Shown here: in pieces, positions 51,332-64,000 of the stretch | Layout of the letters: every line of letters starts with the position of its first letter | Position numbering within the stretch: position 1 is the stretch's first letter | Source of the DNA: Lingula anatina | Taxonomy: Eukaryota > Animalia > Brachiopoda | NCBI GenBank assembly: GCA_051362555.1 | Contig: CM120646.1 | Span: 3,844,001 to 3,908,000 of the forward strand | Direction: 5' to 3' | Length of the DNA stretch: 64,000 nucleotides | Translations under genes and position numbers: made by a program | Notes under the pieces: model-generated | The model's database searches: none | Seen by the model: only the letters and a program-made list of their open reading frames with translations | What the model was told of the DNA's origin: nothing

Positions 51332-52801
51332 TCAGCGTAAGTTTAGACGGGAGTCCTTGTGTGAAGAAGAGAGAGCGTCCATCTCAGCTACTAGGCTTCC
51401 GGTCGACGCAGCTAAGAATGCGTAGTCAGTCACGTGCAGCATAGTGTTACTTGCGTGTTTGGGGCCGCCATTTTGTCTAAACGTGACACTCAGATTAGAC
51501 TGAAATTCTCTAGAGTGGAATTCTCTGGAATGCAGTCTTTCCACCTCTGACAAGCGTCCGTTGCTAGACGGTAGATGTCCGTTTGATGAAGGGGCGGCCA
51601 TTTCTTCTTCGATGGATTTACTGGAACGAGTCTTGATCTCTACTACAACGTACAGCATGGCAGCCATGACAAGCGTTCCAAGGCACACGTAGATCTTGGA
51701 GGCAATGCAGAGATGGCTGGAGTACCCATACGCAGTAGCAAACGCAATATTTTGCCAAAGGTTGAAGTTTGCGAACGCTGGACGTTGGTTTGAAGGAAAA
51801 CGGACTCCAAATAAAGCTGAAAAGATAAAAGTTCACCATAATTTGTTTCTATTCAGTTGAATTTAAAAAAAGAAAAGAAAAATGTAGTCCCCCGTTATGT
51901 TTTAACATAAACAAATGTTTATGCATAAGTATAGTGCTCGGTGTCAATACATCAAACTTATACGCCACGTGTTTTCTATCTGTTACATTTGTGCACTTGG
52001 CTTGATATTTTCACACAAGGTAAAAGTACAACTTGTAGCATTGCATTAACTACAAATAAATGTACATGAACATGGCGAAAACTGCGAAAGGACGCAAGGA
52101 AACGGTATTTGCTTGGTATATCTCCGTTACAATTGTAAATGTTGATATATCCTATTTATTTAACGTTTAATTCCGTGATTTGGTTCCATGCACCCTGCTT
52201 ACCTAATGTGACGCTCATCCAGACCCCATTCAAAAAACCCCATATGGTCGGAACAAGGAAGAAATAGGCAATGTGTTCCGGGGGGATGGGCCACGCAAGC
52301 ATCTGAATGAACAAGGCGACGTTCACGACGAATGCAGAAAGATAGAGGGCGTTGAACCCTGTCCATTTTAACAGGTGTCCGAAGATGTAAGGTCCCACGG
52401 AACTGGACACGCCGTAGCATATCATTGTGTAGCCCACCCACTCTATGCCAAGCTCACAGGTGATGTACGCCTAAAAACACATATAATATAATTAGTATTT
52501 GGTAATTTATTTTAAAGAACTTTTATGAATTTTAACAGTGCGCTCACAGGTTTTAGTCTCTTATAACCCCTTAGTATAGAGTGGGTTTTATTTTTAACTG
52601 TGAGACGTTACTAAAATCATTATCATTCTTATTATTACTTTAATTATAGTGGTGAACATGTTGAAGAAGGCATCAAATACATGCAATAAATCAAGAAAAA
52701 GATCACTTTGAAAGTGTAAATTGGGTCAGGCAAAGATTGCCAACACACTGAGAACTATTTACGGCTGAATTACAACAAATCAGGGTTTAGTCTTTTTTCA
52801 G

Positions 52802-52872
<71 letters not shown>

Positions 52873-55800
52873 GCAGGCCCGTAGCCAGGGGGGGTTTTGC
52901 TGGAAAAAGGTCCACTGTGGGTAAAATTTGACCTAGGTACATGGCGATTATATGGTAAAAGGTCCACTTTTTCAGAAAAAGACCCCCCCCCCCCCCATTT
53001 GAAATTGCTGGCTACGGACCTGGTCCGTGTGACACGGGTACCAGTATACTCCGATCATGCGCAGATGTGTCAACGGCGTCTCCACATAATTTGGGCCAAA
53101 TCTAAAGTTTGAAAATGGCACCCTTTGCTGAGTACATTATGCTAGCATTTATTGTCTGTTTTGGAAAAGATCAATGTGCGAACGAAACATTTTCTAAGTT
53201 GCATCACATTATATAAGCGAACAATGAATTTAAAATGGGCTTTCGAATGTCGCAACGCAATGACATAACATGTACACTACAAGTACACTACATTCCAGAA
53301 CAAGGAACACATGCAGTGTTTTTTAAAAACTTTGATTAATGGAGAATTTAAAACACAACCCTTGCATAATTGGATGTCTAATTGTCATTAAACGAGGTAA
53401 GTACAATCAGAAGACTGTTAATGGTGAAATTAATGCATGTTGATGAAATGCATGTTGGTAAGTTTAGAATATTTCTAAATTTGAAAGTTACACCACACAT
53501 CGATAGGGACCGATAAGCATCACAGGCGGACCCAGCTTTTTATCTTGCAGACTTACACGGTTTAAAATGCAAGTATGTATTTCAAACTTCTGTTGTATAT
53601 TTTTATACATAGTGAGTTTTATTTTTTCAATTTACAAATTAAAATACACATATACTTCATGTATATGAAATTGTTTGAGATCATTTTCATGAAGATACAT
53701 TACTGTATATTTAGTATAACCAGTATAATAACAAAAATCCTATAATAATTTATGTATTTCTGACATGACTTGCAATACAAAGCTGAATGTTTTGTCACAT
53801 TAGCACAGAAAATAAATGTACCGAAAGAAAAAGAACAGGTGACAAACATCTGTGCATGTCTCTTTTGCTGTTTGCTGGTGACAAAAAATATTACAAACCA
53901 TATAAAGTGTGATAACGTACAAGTAGGCCCCTATCGTATGATAACTTGCACAACAGGGAAGGCTGAAAGTGGCATAGAAATAAGTTCACCTGCTAAAATT
54001 TACTTTCGTCATTGGTACACGTTTTGTAGGACTTCCCTCTTAAGGGTTATGATGTCTATAATTTTCATTTCAGATATCTTGACATCACTATACATAAGAT
54101 ATGTACTCCAAAGGAAGCAAAACGTGGGTACGTTGCATGATTTGCTGGTAAAATTCAACACTTGATAGGTCAAATAGCCGACAGCTGCAAGGGTTACAAG
54201 AAATACTGAGCACAAGCGTTTTCAGTTAGATAACATCAAGTATACGACTATTTTCCTACCGGTTTCCAGAAACCGTGCCCCCCCCCCCTCCCCCTCAATA
54301 CACCCCTGACGTATGTAAAAAAAACACAAATTCCTTACTTTGTTGACTCAATGATAGTTATTTTTAATAAATAAGCCCACAATTTTGGTTTCTTTTATTT
54401 TTTTTTTTTTTGGGGGGGGGGGGGGCATTTTTATAATTTCCTATAGAGGTCTACTACATCTATCATTTTCTTTTCAGATATCTTGACATCACTATACATA
54501 ACATAAGATACTCCAATGAAAGCAAAACATTACGCCCGTGGGTAAGTTGCATGATTTGCTCGTAAAATGTACCTGTTGATAGGTCAAATAGCCAACGGTT
54601 TCAAAGGATGTAACGTGCTGATCACAAGCGTCTCAGCGCGTAGGCGGCATCAGCTATTTTAAAGATGTACTATTTGCGTTTGAAAACGTGCCGGAATTTT
54701 TTAATATGTCTACGTATCCTTCAAAGCCACTTACTCTTTCCAAACAGACAAAAAAGTAAAATAAAGAAATAAAAGATCAAATAAAAGTACCTGACGTCAA
54801 TATTTTATTCTACAATATACTTGTGCAGGGTACAGGAAGGCATGGTGGTTTAAGTGACTTGCCAATCATTTAGAACCAAATTATTTTATCAGAAATCGTG
54901 AAAACATTAACGTCAGGTACAGGGACTGGTCGAGCAATGGCAGAGCAAAGGTTAGGAGAAATTGATTTATTTTTTTTTGGGGGGGGAATTCGATTTGCGG
55001 GAAAATTCGGGATAGGATAACTGCCTTCTACCGGTAGAAACCCGCCTGGCAGTTGTTAGTCGGAGTTGGTTGTAGAGGCATGTGAAGATATTCTTGAATT
55101 GTCCTCACCGGTTTGCAAACTGTGCCCCCCCCCTCCGGATCCGCCCCTGACCTACATGTACGTCTCAACAACCCTAAAAGTTATTTTGCTTGTTGACACA
55201 ATGGCAGTAGTTTTCATAAATACACCCACGTTTTAATTATTTTGTTAGGGCGCATTTTCACAATTTCCTATGGAGGGCTCGTATATCTTTCATTTTCTTT
55301 TCAGCTATCTTGACATCACTATTCATAATATATATACTCCAATGAAAGCAAAATTGCGTCGCCCGTGGGTACGTTGAGCGACTTGCTCGTAAAATCCACC
55401 TGTTGATAGGTCAATTAGCTGACAGTCCCAAGAGCTATAACATTGAGTTTGTACAAGCGTCTTCGGATAGACAACATGTGTCATACATGTGCAGCTATTT
55501 TTAAGGCTATACATCTACGTTTGAAAACGCCCCCAAATAAATTTTATGTCTATGTGTCCTGAAAATCATTTACTCTTTCCAAACAGAAAAATAAACCCTC
55601 TATAATAAAAGTACCTGATATTGATATTTTCTGGTCAATTAGACGCCCTTTTTGGAAACTGTGTAGATATCACATGTTACTTAATTTAAGACGTTCAGCT
55701 TTAGGGTTTTGGCAAGGTAGACGTCTGTAGAAAAGTAGCCAAGTTTTAGAAAAGTTATCCAAAAATGGACCCTTTAAAGAGGTACACAAATTTAAAATCT

Positions 55801-57098
55801 AATATAACAATCTCATTAACTATACCAGTAAGTCCCATAAAATAGAGTGAACATTGGTGTAAGGTATAAGCCATTGCCTTATCTTTCTGAAAAAAACGTC
55901 TGCTTATCTTTGTCCAAGTAGACGTAAGTAGTCGGTCGTTAAATTAAGACCAATTTTGGACTAAAGTCCTTTACAGTAAACGTGACACCAACGTTGACTC
56001 TGTCCTGAACCCGGGTGTTTTTATATTTTAAATCTTAAAAAAAGCGTAACCCACCTTAGTAAAATCACCGAAGAGAAATGCTTGGTGCAATCCGCTAAAC
56101 ATACACAAAGGTACCAATAGCGACATGCGGTAGTCTTTCAGGAGCATGAAGGTCCCAAGCAACGTCTCCAAAGTATCCTTCTTGCTCTCATTGCCATGAG
56201 CATGGGGACTGACTTCCGGTATAATAAAAGTCGTGATGACAAGTCCTACGAATATCAGCCCTACGTAGCTTCCTAACAGTATATACACTAGGTAGTCTTC
56301 TGGTCGATGTGTCTTCGTTTCAGCGTGAGTATGCAGTGTTTCTATAGTCTCTGGACAACTTAGTAACCCACAGGAGGCATTTAAGCGGTAAGCTATGGGT
56401 GTGGTATCATTGTTGTATGTGGTGTCGTTAGTGGCCGGGGTCGCGTGGCTGGAGTGCTGGAGCACAGAGAATGCGATGATATTGCCCCAGACGTGAGAAC
56501 TTTTGAAGAGTAGCCAATGGAGGCCATTGAATCGACTGATGCTGAACTCGATTGGTTTCTGTGCTATCTCGGCGTGGTCAAGGGCCAGAGTGGTGATATA
56601 AAACCCCGTGGCCGTCCACTGAGCCCCTAGGGCAAGCCCCAACAACATCCCTGCTGGTAATAAAGTGTAAACCTTTGGGTAAAAGTTTGACGATACGAAG
56701 ACTATATGACAACATTGCGCTAGCATCAACGTGCGTTTTGGCGTAAATTTTTCAACCAAAATTGGTGCATATAGGCAAGATAAGATAGCACCGACCCAAA
56801 TCGCACAGAGCGTCAAGAACCCGAGTCCACCTTCTGTGTTCAAGCTACTTTGTAGGCTTCCCAGGCCATTGAAAGCTGTCATTACACAAGTGCCTGCCAC
56901 TGCCAGCAAAATCAAATCTAAATACTTCCTGCGTTGTTGCGTCTTTCGCGCTTTTTTCTCGGTAACAAATTGCGTCTCTGCTTGCCCTTCTGATGCCTCT
57001 CCATTGAGGAACTTTTCAGCCTCTGGCATAGAAGGATCATGCTCTTTGAATTTGTCACTCGGGGGATGAACTTGCGTCGCCGTCTCCGCTGATGTCAT
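51332..57098 (-). CDS. UNC-93-like (UNC93A-type) MFS membrane protein, 598 aa
   Basis: Exons 57098-56055, 52470-52203 and 51816-51332 total 1797 nt in frame. Motifs: TAFNGLGSLQSSLN, NFYPKVYTLLPAG, WTATGFYITTLA, SSHVWGN, FSGLHQAFLFGDFTKAYITCELG, VGYTMICYG and AFANFNLWQ. The acceptor of the first coding exon is at 57211. Confidence 0.93.
52874..53022. mobile_element. Short MITE with a 5-bp TSD, hAT-like, in an UNC-93 intron
   Basis: Termini CAGGCCCGTAGCCAG and CTGGCTACGGACCTG, with GTCCG on both flanks. AAAAGGTCCACT occurs twice internally. Confidence 0.85.
54040..55630. repeat. Diverged triplicated intronic segment
   Basis: The core TTTCAGATATCTTGACATCACTATACATAA...GTTGCATGATTTGCT.GTAAAA...TTGATAGGTCAAATAGC occurs at about 54060-54230, 54465-54640 and 55290-55470. 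The longer blocks 54250-54830 and 55100-55630 are collinear. Confidence 0.85.
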
Positions 57099-57202
57099 CT
57101 TGCTGCGCACTCTCCTGTGTGATTGCAATACGGACAACGCTGTCCTATGTCTAGTTCCCAGTCCGCCGGTATTCCTACCAATCTAGGCCGCGTGTATGGC
57201 AT
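57095..57202 (-). other. Upstream ORF (35 aa) overlapping the UNC-93-like start codon
   Basis: ATG at 57202 reads MPYTRPRLVGIPADWELDIGQRCPYCNHTGECAAR*. Its TGA (57097-57095) overlaps the main ATG (57098-57096) as ATGA. Confidence 0.5.
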
Positions 57203-58047
57203 ACGGTGACCTAGAAATAAAGATGCAGGTTGGTTTATTGTGGTGACAGTGTTGAATAATGCATACATATGTACAGAAATATCAATATATCAAACATTTG
57301 TTCTATTCTAGTACATTTTTCATTGCAACGAAAACAAAAACGTGAATTCATACCACATTTGATAGGGCTACAGGTAAATATATTTTAACAGAAAAAAGAC
57401 CACGGATTCCTACTTTTTGAACGACACTTGAGAAAAGTGGTCAGTTTGTCGACCTGTTTATCCTTATTACGTCTTCTGGTATTACATCACCTGTTCCATA
57501 CAAGCTGTGTTTTTTACTATCTCGACTCTGTTACATGCATAACTAAGAGAGTACCACCTCCTCATTGCAATTAATAAAATCTACATTTGAGATTAGAATT
57601 TAGGTATTATAAACGTTAACGTCGTTTTTATTATTAGGCATTACATGAAGTGACCCTTGCCTTGTGCAAAATGGTATCACCACTAAACACACAAACGCGG
57701 CCTTGTCTTACCGGTGATACACAATGGTCGATGACTGATATGACAGAAACTAAGATTATTTCCGAAAAAAAACAATGGAAAAGTACCCAGTGCGAGGATT
57801 GGCTTTATCAAGAAGACTTTGGAAGGAAAATCTTACCTCCCTGTTGCGGCATTACTTCCAACTCTCCTCATGACAAAAAGCCATCTTGTACTTGGTATAT
57901 CTACGATATTTTGACCTATATATTTTACGTGCACTGCATACACTTTGACCTTTTGCAACCATACCTTCTGATTAGATAGTGAAGAACACTAGTACCATAT
58001 ATTATATTGGGGGACTGTTCAAGTCCATCGATTTGATGCTGTTTTGG

Positions 58048-58091
<44 letters not shown>

Positions 58092-61000
58092 GATTCCCAG
58101 AAAAAAATGAACCCGCCTTTTGGCTAACCACAAATAACGACTGCAGTTTAAAGAAAGTAATTGCATCGTTGCAGCTTCTCTCAAGTCTCTCTCGACTGCT
58201 TTATTATTTCTTTTTTTCCACATAATTGGCTTCGGCATGTTATTCAACCTTAGTTATTATTCTTCCTAAGTGCTTACATCCGAAACGCCCCTTACAGCAT
58301 GTGTATAGAACACGAAAGGAGAAAGGTTCTTGTTTTTTTTTTTTTTTTTTTTTTTGTTTTTTTTTTTTTTTTTTTGGCCCACGCAAAACATAGGTCTTTG
58401 ACTTATCATTACCTTCTTTAAAACAGAACTGCCCTTAATTAACCTTTTTCTGTCTAGCCCCTCAGCAACCGAAGCCTGTGTCTCTCGCAGACCGCGAAGA
58501 AGCCCCATATCACTTCGATCAGGAATGCACATCGGGAACGAGCATATATCTTCCAAAATAAATAAGAGCCCAACATTTTCAGATTTTCAGCTGCCCTTGA
58601 AGACTTTCAAGACGAAATGCATAAAATAAGCAGTTTTTAGAACAGACAAATTTCAAGTTGTAATCAAATTGCATATGTGAATGTATACCTTGTAGTTTTT
58701 TCTTGCAGAGTTCTAAGTTAGCGTTTTAGATTTTAATACTAGTGACTTTATAAATAAACTATTACCAGCACTTTAGTGACCTTGGCAACATCAAGGAGGG
58801 TTCACGGCAAAAGCCCTAATCAAATTTGAACACTGGCCCTAATCTTGTGGTCGACATTTGGCTCAATAAACAGATAGTAAGTGATCAAAGGTGTGATAGG
58901 GGCAAGCACAGTCAGGAAATTTATTTATTTATTTATTTATAATGATAATGATGATGATTTTTTATACCAGAATATTATTTTTAGATGTTGCGTAGATTTT
59001 GATAAACACTTTTTATACACATTTCAGATTTTTAGTGTAACTGTATCATATCTATCAGTCTATCACACTTCATTTTTTGTTCTCAAAATAGACATAGAAA
59101 TAATAGTTCTAAAACGTAACCCCTTCGTCAGCATCTAATACATAAGCTGTTATAAACGCCTGTAGCACGCAGTGCTCTCAGCGGAGCACAGCAGTAGTGT
59201 ATTATGCTTGATGCGCGCGGTGACTGTAAGTAGCTGCCGTCATACCTTCATTCATAGAAAACGTAAGTAATTTGTCTACCTGGGCAATATTCGCAGTGTG
59301 AAATGGTCACACCCCAAGCACCCTTAAAGTATACAAAATTTTGTAGGTTTTCTCTGTCAATGCCAAGGTTATTGACCGCAGGATGATGACTGTAACATGT
59401 GCCTTGGTATTCGGACAAAATGTGTTGGAAAAAAAGCGATCTAGAGTATTATCAGTTTAGAGGTGTTATCCTCCCTTTTCCGAATAATGTTCTTGGTCTG
59501 TGGACATATATAAGTACACAGTGTGCATTGATCTGATTATGGACTTGAAGAAAGAGAGTTAAAGCCGATGTACTTATTTTTGTAATGAACAATAGGAACA
59601 AGTGTCGTCTACGAGTAACCCGTAGTCTCTAGATATCGAAAACGGGTCAGTAACCTACTGTTCGATATGGACAATGTGAATATATCAGTGCTCCAACATA
59701 TTATGTACATACCATAAAATTGTTTCCTTTTCATTGCAGTTAATTTTGATTAATAATGTTCATACATGAATTGTATTCACAAGTTTGCTTTTGTGTAACG
59801 ACCCCTTCCTGAACCATAGGATTTTCATTTTGAAGGTCCACTTAAGGAAAAGACTCAGCCGCGCATGCACGTGGAATAACAGAATAAGGATAACTCATCC
59901 AAGTACGGAAAACCTGAACTTGGACTCGGTGCAAATTTACTTCTCAATAAGATTCCACAAGTTATTCGGTGCTGGGTCACGAAGTGTAGGCCCTACTGTA
60001 CTTTAGATGCTGAGGTACAGGTCCAACTTAAGATTTTACACTTTTTTATATCTTATGTTTTCTTTACCAGATTGTATTGTTTCCCAGACCCATTGACGAA
60101 CATACGGCATGCACATGCGGACTAAATGTCTAGCACGATTTAATCGCACTCAAGGCTGTGTCCGTTGGCACGTGTTGGGTTCCTGCCATTACTAGAGTAT
60201 CGACATCCCTGTCCTATCCGGCGGCTGATTTGTACGCCCACGTGTCAGCAAAAGCTCCAATTACTTATGAATTATAATTAGTGATCAAACTCGCTCAAAC
60301 ACCACTAAAAAGTAGAACTTAACTTTGGCTTATTGGTCCTAAATATTAATATGATGTAGAAATGTTGTTTTTTTTCTTTTTTTTCTTTTTTTTTTTTTTT
60401 TTGTTAATACGTGAAGTAAACTGATCATAGGCCTATACTTGGTCAAATGAAGTTTCTTCTGCTTACAGTCAGACTCCATCGGGATAACAGTCGCATTCCC
60501 TGGCAAAAACTGTCTGTAAGCAGATGAAATATTGGCTACTACTCTGTTAAGTATCTGTTTATTTCTCAAGCTATTGACAAAAGAACTTAAACATTTCTGT
60601 TGATATTTCGTGGCTGATTAAACTTTTCAACATGATATGACGTAGATATGACACCGAAACGTCGACCCCTTAAATTCGTTGATAAGAAGAACTATGGTGT
60701 GTGTTACACGCTCATGTCGGGCAAAGTGAGTCGATCAACTCACTGCAAGCTCTCGGATACGCTCGCTGTTAGCATATCCCAAGATCAGTTTATCTTAGAA
60801 GCCTTCTTCGTGTTATTTTATTTCTACAGATAACTGTTAGTGAGCACTAATTGGGCTTTGTAACTCGGCCTATATCTGCCCGTCTATGTGACTCCCTGCC
60901 TCTTCGTCCGTACATCCATTTACAATTTTCGTAGCCACGGCAATTGCGCGCGATTAAAAAACGCGTTTAGTTATTATGATAGTTATGATGCGTTTAGTTA

Positions 61001-64000
61001 TGATAAATTGAGCATAGCACCGACGCCATGTAATCGAAATTGTACCACGTTCACATGATCACAGCTAGGATCAGTCCTTATTTGTCTTTTCAACATCTTG
61101 AGATGTGTCACATAATCAAACCTCGCTCGTTGTAAGCCTGGTAACCTTCCACTCATACGAACATTTTCTCCCCTTTTTTAAATATCTTCCTGGGTTTGAT
61201 TGAAGGATATTAATCATTGGTAAACCTCCAAGATTAATGCCAATGGAAAATTTGGTCTTTCTTTAGTGCAAAATGATTGTAGTACATTAAACTAACCGAA
61301 AACACCAATACTAAACCACACGGCACTGTTATGTTTAATCATTAAACATGTCATTAAAGCTGGGGAAACCAAAAGTGTTAATAAATAAAGTATTTAGCCC
61401 CGTTTTAACAACACTGACCTCTACAATTAAAAAGTTATACTTGGACGACCTACCCCAGATCAAGTTGCGCCTGGACGACCGTCGCTGCTGCACCAAGTGA
61501 CCAAGCGTCCAGCAACAAACCCCCTCTTGTACACGTGCATTGTAGTGCGCCAAGTATAGGACGGCATTACACGCGCGTTAAGCGGTGTGTAAACTCACCA
61601 AGTATACTCAGAGTAAGAGACGTATTTAATTCGGCAGAGCGAAACGTCCCCCATTGCTCTGAGCGTTTGTTACGTCATGGTTTACGTCACCCATCGCCAA
61701 CATTTAGACCTGTATTGGTAATCATCAAAAATCATCACCTGACGGAAATCAGTTGATGCTATTCTTAGAGACTGGGCTGCGAGATCTCTCTTGGGACGCT
61801 GCTCGCCCATTTTAAGGGCGTTTTGCTTTATGGACGGCGATCACTGATCCATGGCTGTCTACTGTCGCTGTACATATGACCCTTTAGCTTGATCTCCATT
61901 GAAATGAAAACCGCACATTATATTTACCTGAATGGTAGACAAATAGTTATCTTCTTGATACTGTATCGCACCCACCCACTCTCTCCATTAAACAGCAACG
62001 GGACTAACCAACAAACTGTCTTAACAACGCACCTAGTTCATGTTATTGCACAATATGATTTTCACTTTCCATCCTTTTAGAAACATATCCAAAAATGATA
62101 TATTATCTGTGGCTGATTATTTAGGATATAACGTGTAGTTTGAGATAAAGGTGTTTTTTATTTTATTTTTTCTTTTTATTATTATTATTATTGTATTATT
62201 TTTTTTTTTTACAGTTCATAGGATGAAAAAAGTTTGTATTTTGTTGCATTCGGCGCCTCTTCACTTACACGCCATGCATTTCAGCATAAGGTGTAAAAAA
62301 TCAAAATATTACACGGAGGTTCTGAGGGAAGAGTGGAAAAGAAATACGGTTGGGTGGATTAAGAATGCAGATTGGATCCAAGCTCGGAGGCCATTTGGAA
62401 CATAAATTTTATGCAAAGTGACCAAGATACCTGAAACTTTGGGGAATGGTCATGCACATATTGAAGTTTAAGTCCAGCAAATTTCTTGATATTTGATGGA
62501 CCTTTGTAGGATTTGATAATTTTTTATGGGGTCACCCTGTATAAAGTTAAAGAAAGGGGTCACGAGAAAAACGTTGCCGGTGTCTTTTCCTTTAATCAGC
62601 TGCGGGTTCAGCACTCTAAGCTACGTCACATGAGCCTTAGGCCAGTTAATAGTGTGACCAAACCACTGCAAGCATCCAACAAATATCTCTTCTGAAAGCA
62701 AGGACTTCAAGATATGAGGAATTTCACCATCGAAATAAAGAAAAACCTTTATTTTGATTTTTTTTTTTTTAATAATTATTTCCTTTAATTCTCTCCCCAA
62801 CGTCAGCAGAACCGCGAACCACACCTTTACTGCAACGTACTTAACACATCAGTTGATTCTATCTGACCCATCACAGCACTGTCTACGTCTTCGGCATTCA
62901 GATCGAATCAGCGTCGATCCAAACAAGTGAACTGTGTGCCCGACCTAGTGTTGCTGTTCATTCAGTGTATGAGGAACCCCAGACAGCAGTCCGAGTGCTG
63001 CTCCATCAGCAGAACAAATAACGTGGACTTAGCGTGTCATATTTGAAAGAGCATCAGCGCCATGATGCTTTATGGCAGGAACTATATATGCACAATATAT
63101 AAAATAAATATAAAATAAATAATTGAAAAAAGACAGACAGGCAGCACCTCCTCTTTCAACGTTTTTTTAGTAAAGATTAATATTGATTGATATAGGTTAA
63201 TATTGTGTCAATATATTGTCAATATATTATCAATATATTGTCATCCGTGCACAATAGAACTCGATAAATATAACATATACTGTAACTTCCAAAATTAAAT
63301 AATCGTGACGTAACGTGAACTGCGCTTGGATGTCAATGTTTAGAATGTTACACCAGTGACAAAATGACCATTATAAATGCACAAAGGAAGCGAAAGCTGG
63401 GCGTATAAAAGCAGCCTGGGCTGACAAGACATACATGTAGAATAGTTCCTCTTCAGTGTCGTGTCAGCGACCTGTTTGATCAGGCTACATACTTATATAT
63501 TGACCGTCTTTTGATCAAACACTTATGAGCAATGATTGATTAGATCGTTTGCGCTGCGTCTGTCTGAAGATAAGCATACCACTGCGCGCTACGGCCCCTA
63601 GCTGGACAGTATACCTTCTTAACCAGTGGACATACGTCGGACGCTGGCCCTTACTTTACAACCGAAATATTTCAGTCCACTTTAACCTGGATTAACCAGT
63701 CCGCTTTTTAAAAAAGCAGTACCGCTCTTAATGCTTTTTAAAATCTTTTCTTAAACAGATGTATATTCTCCTTAAGCGGAATCCCCCCCTGATTAACCTT
63801 GGGACAAGATCCACTGTAGGCGGAAAATTGTTATGATCATTTATGACATGGACAAAATTACGTTAGTATGTCCAAGGCTCTGATCAACTTGCGACTTGAG
63901 CTTTTTTTTATTAAACAGCGTTCAGTCAGATATCGACTTTCCTCAGAGGACGCTCTGGACAGGTCACCCGGACAGGGAGCAAGGTAATGTTATAGAGCCC

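Noticed and set aside
62400-62543. CACCCTGTATA end resembling a Tc1/mariner-type MITE terminus
   Set aside because: No matching left terminus was found.

Overview
AT-rich, intron-containing animal genomic DNA with many microsatellites and MITEs; an invertebrate, probably lophotrochozoan, source is inferred. There are no prokaryotic features, CRISPR arrays, or recognisable rRNA/tRNA genes. I reconstructed six genes by hand from splice signals and translation: (1) a 5'-truncated aralar/citrin-type mitochondrial aspartate/glutamate carrier (+, 917-11396); (2) CDK5RAP3/C53 (-, 16341-22791); (3) an unrecognised 289-aa type I mucin-like membrane protein with a GC-AG intron (+, 25288-28531); (4) an 18-exon secreted proteinase K-like S8 subtilase with an atypical GSSQ nucleophile motif (-, 30115-38541); (5) an intronless class A GPCR with several non-canonical switch residues (+, 40738-42129); (6) an UNC-93-like MFS protein (-, 51332-57098). 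Mobile DNA includes Harbinger-type MITEs, three TIR elements with 5-bp target duplications, and a truncated R4/Dong-like retrotransposon inside a (TAA)n array. The best leads are a 35-aa CxxC-x-H-x3-C upstream ORF whose stop overlaps the UNC-93 start (ATGA), candidate in-frame microexons in the aralar linker, the unusual GPCR and protease motifs, and strong TACATGTA enrichment. None is a proven new system, and all coordinates were read by eye.
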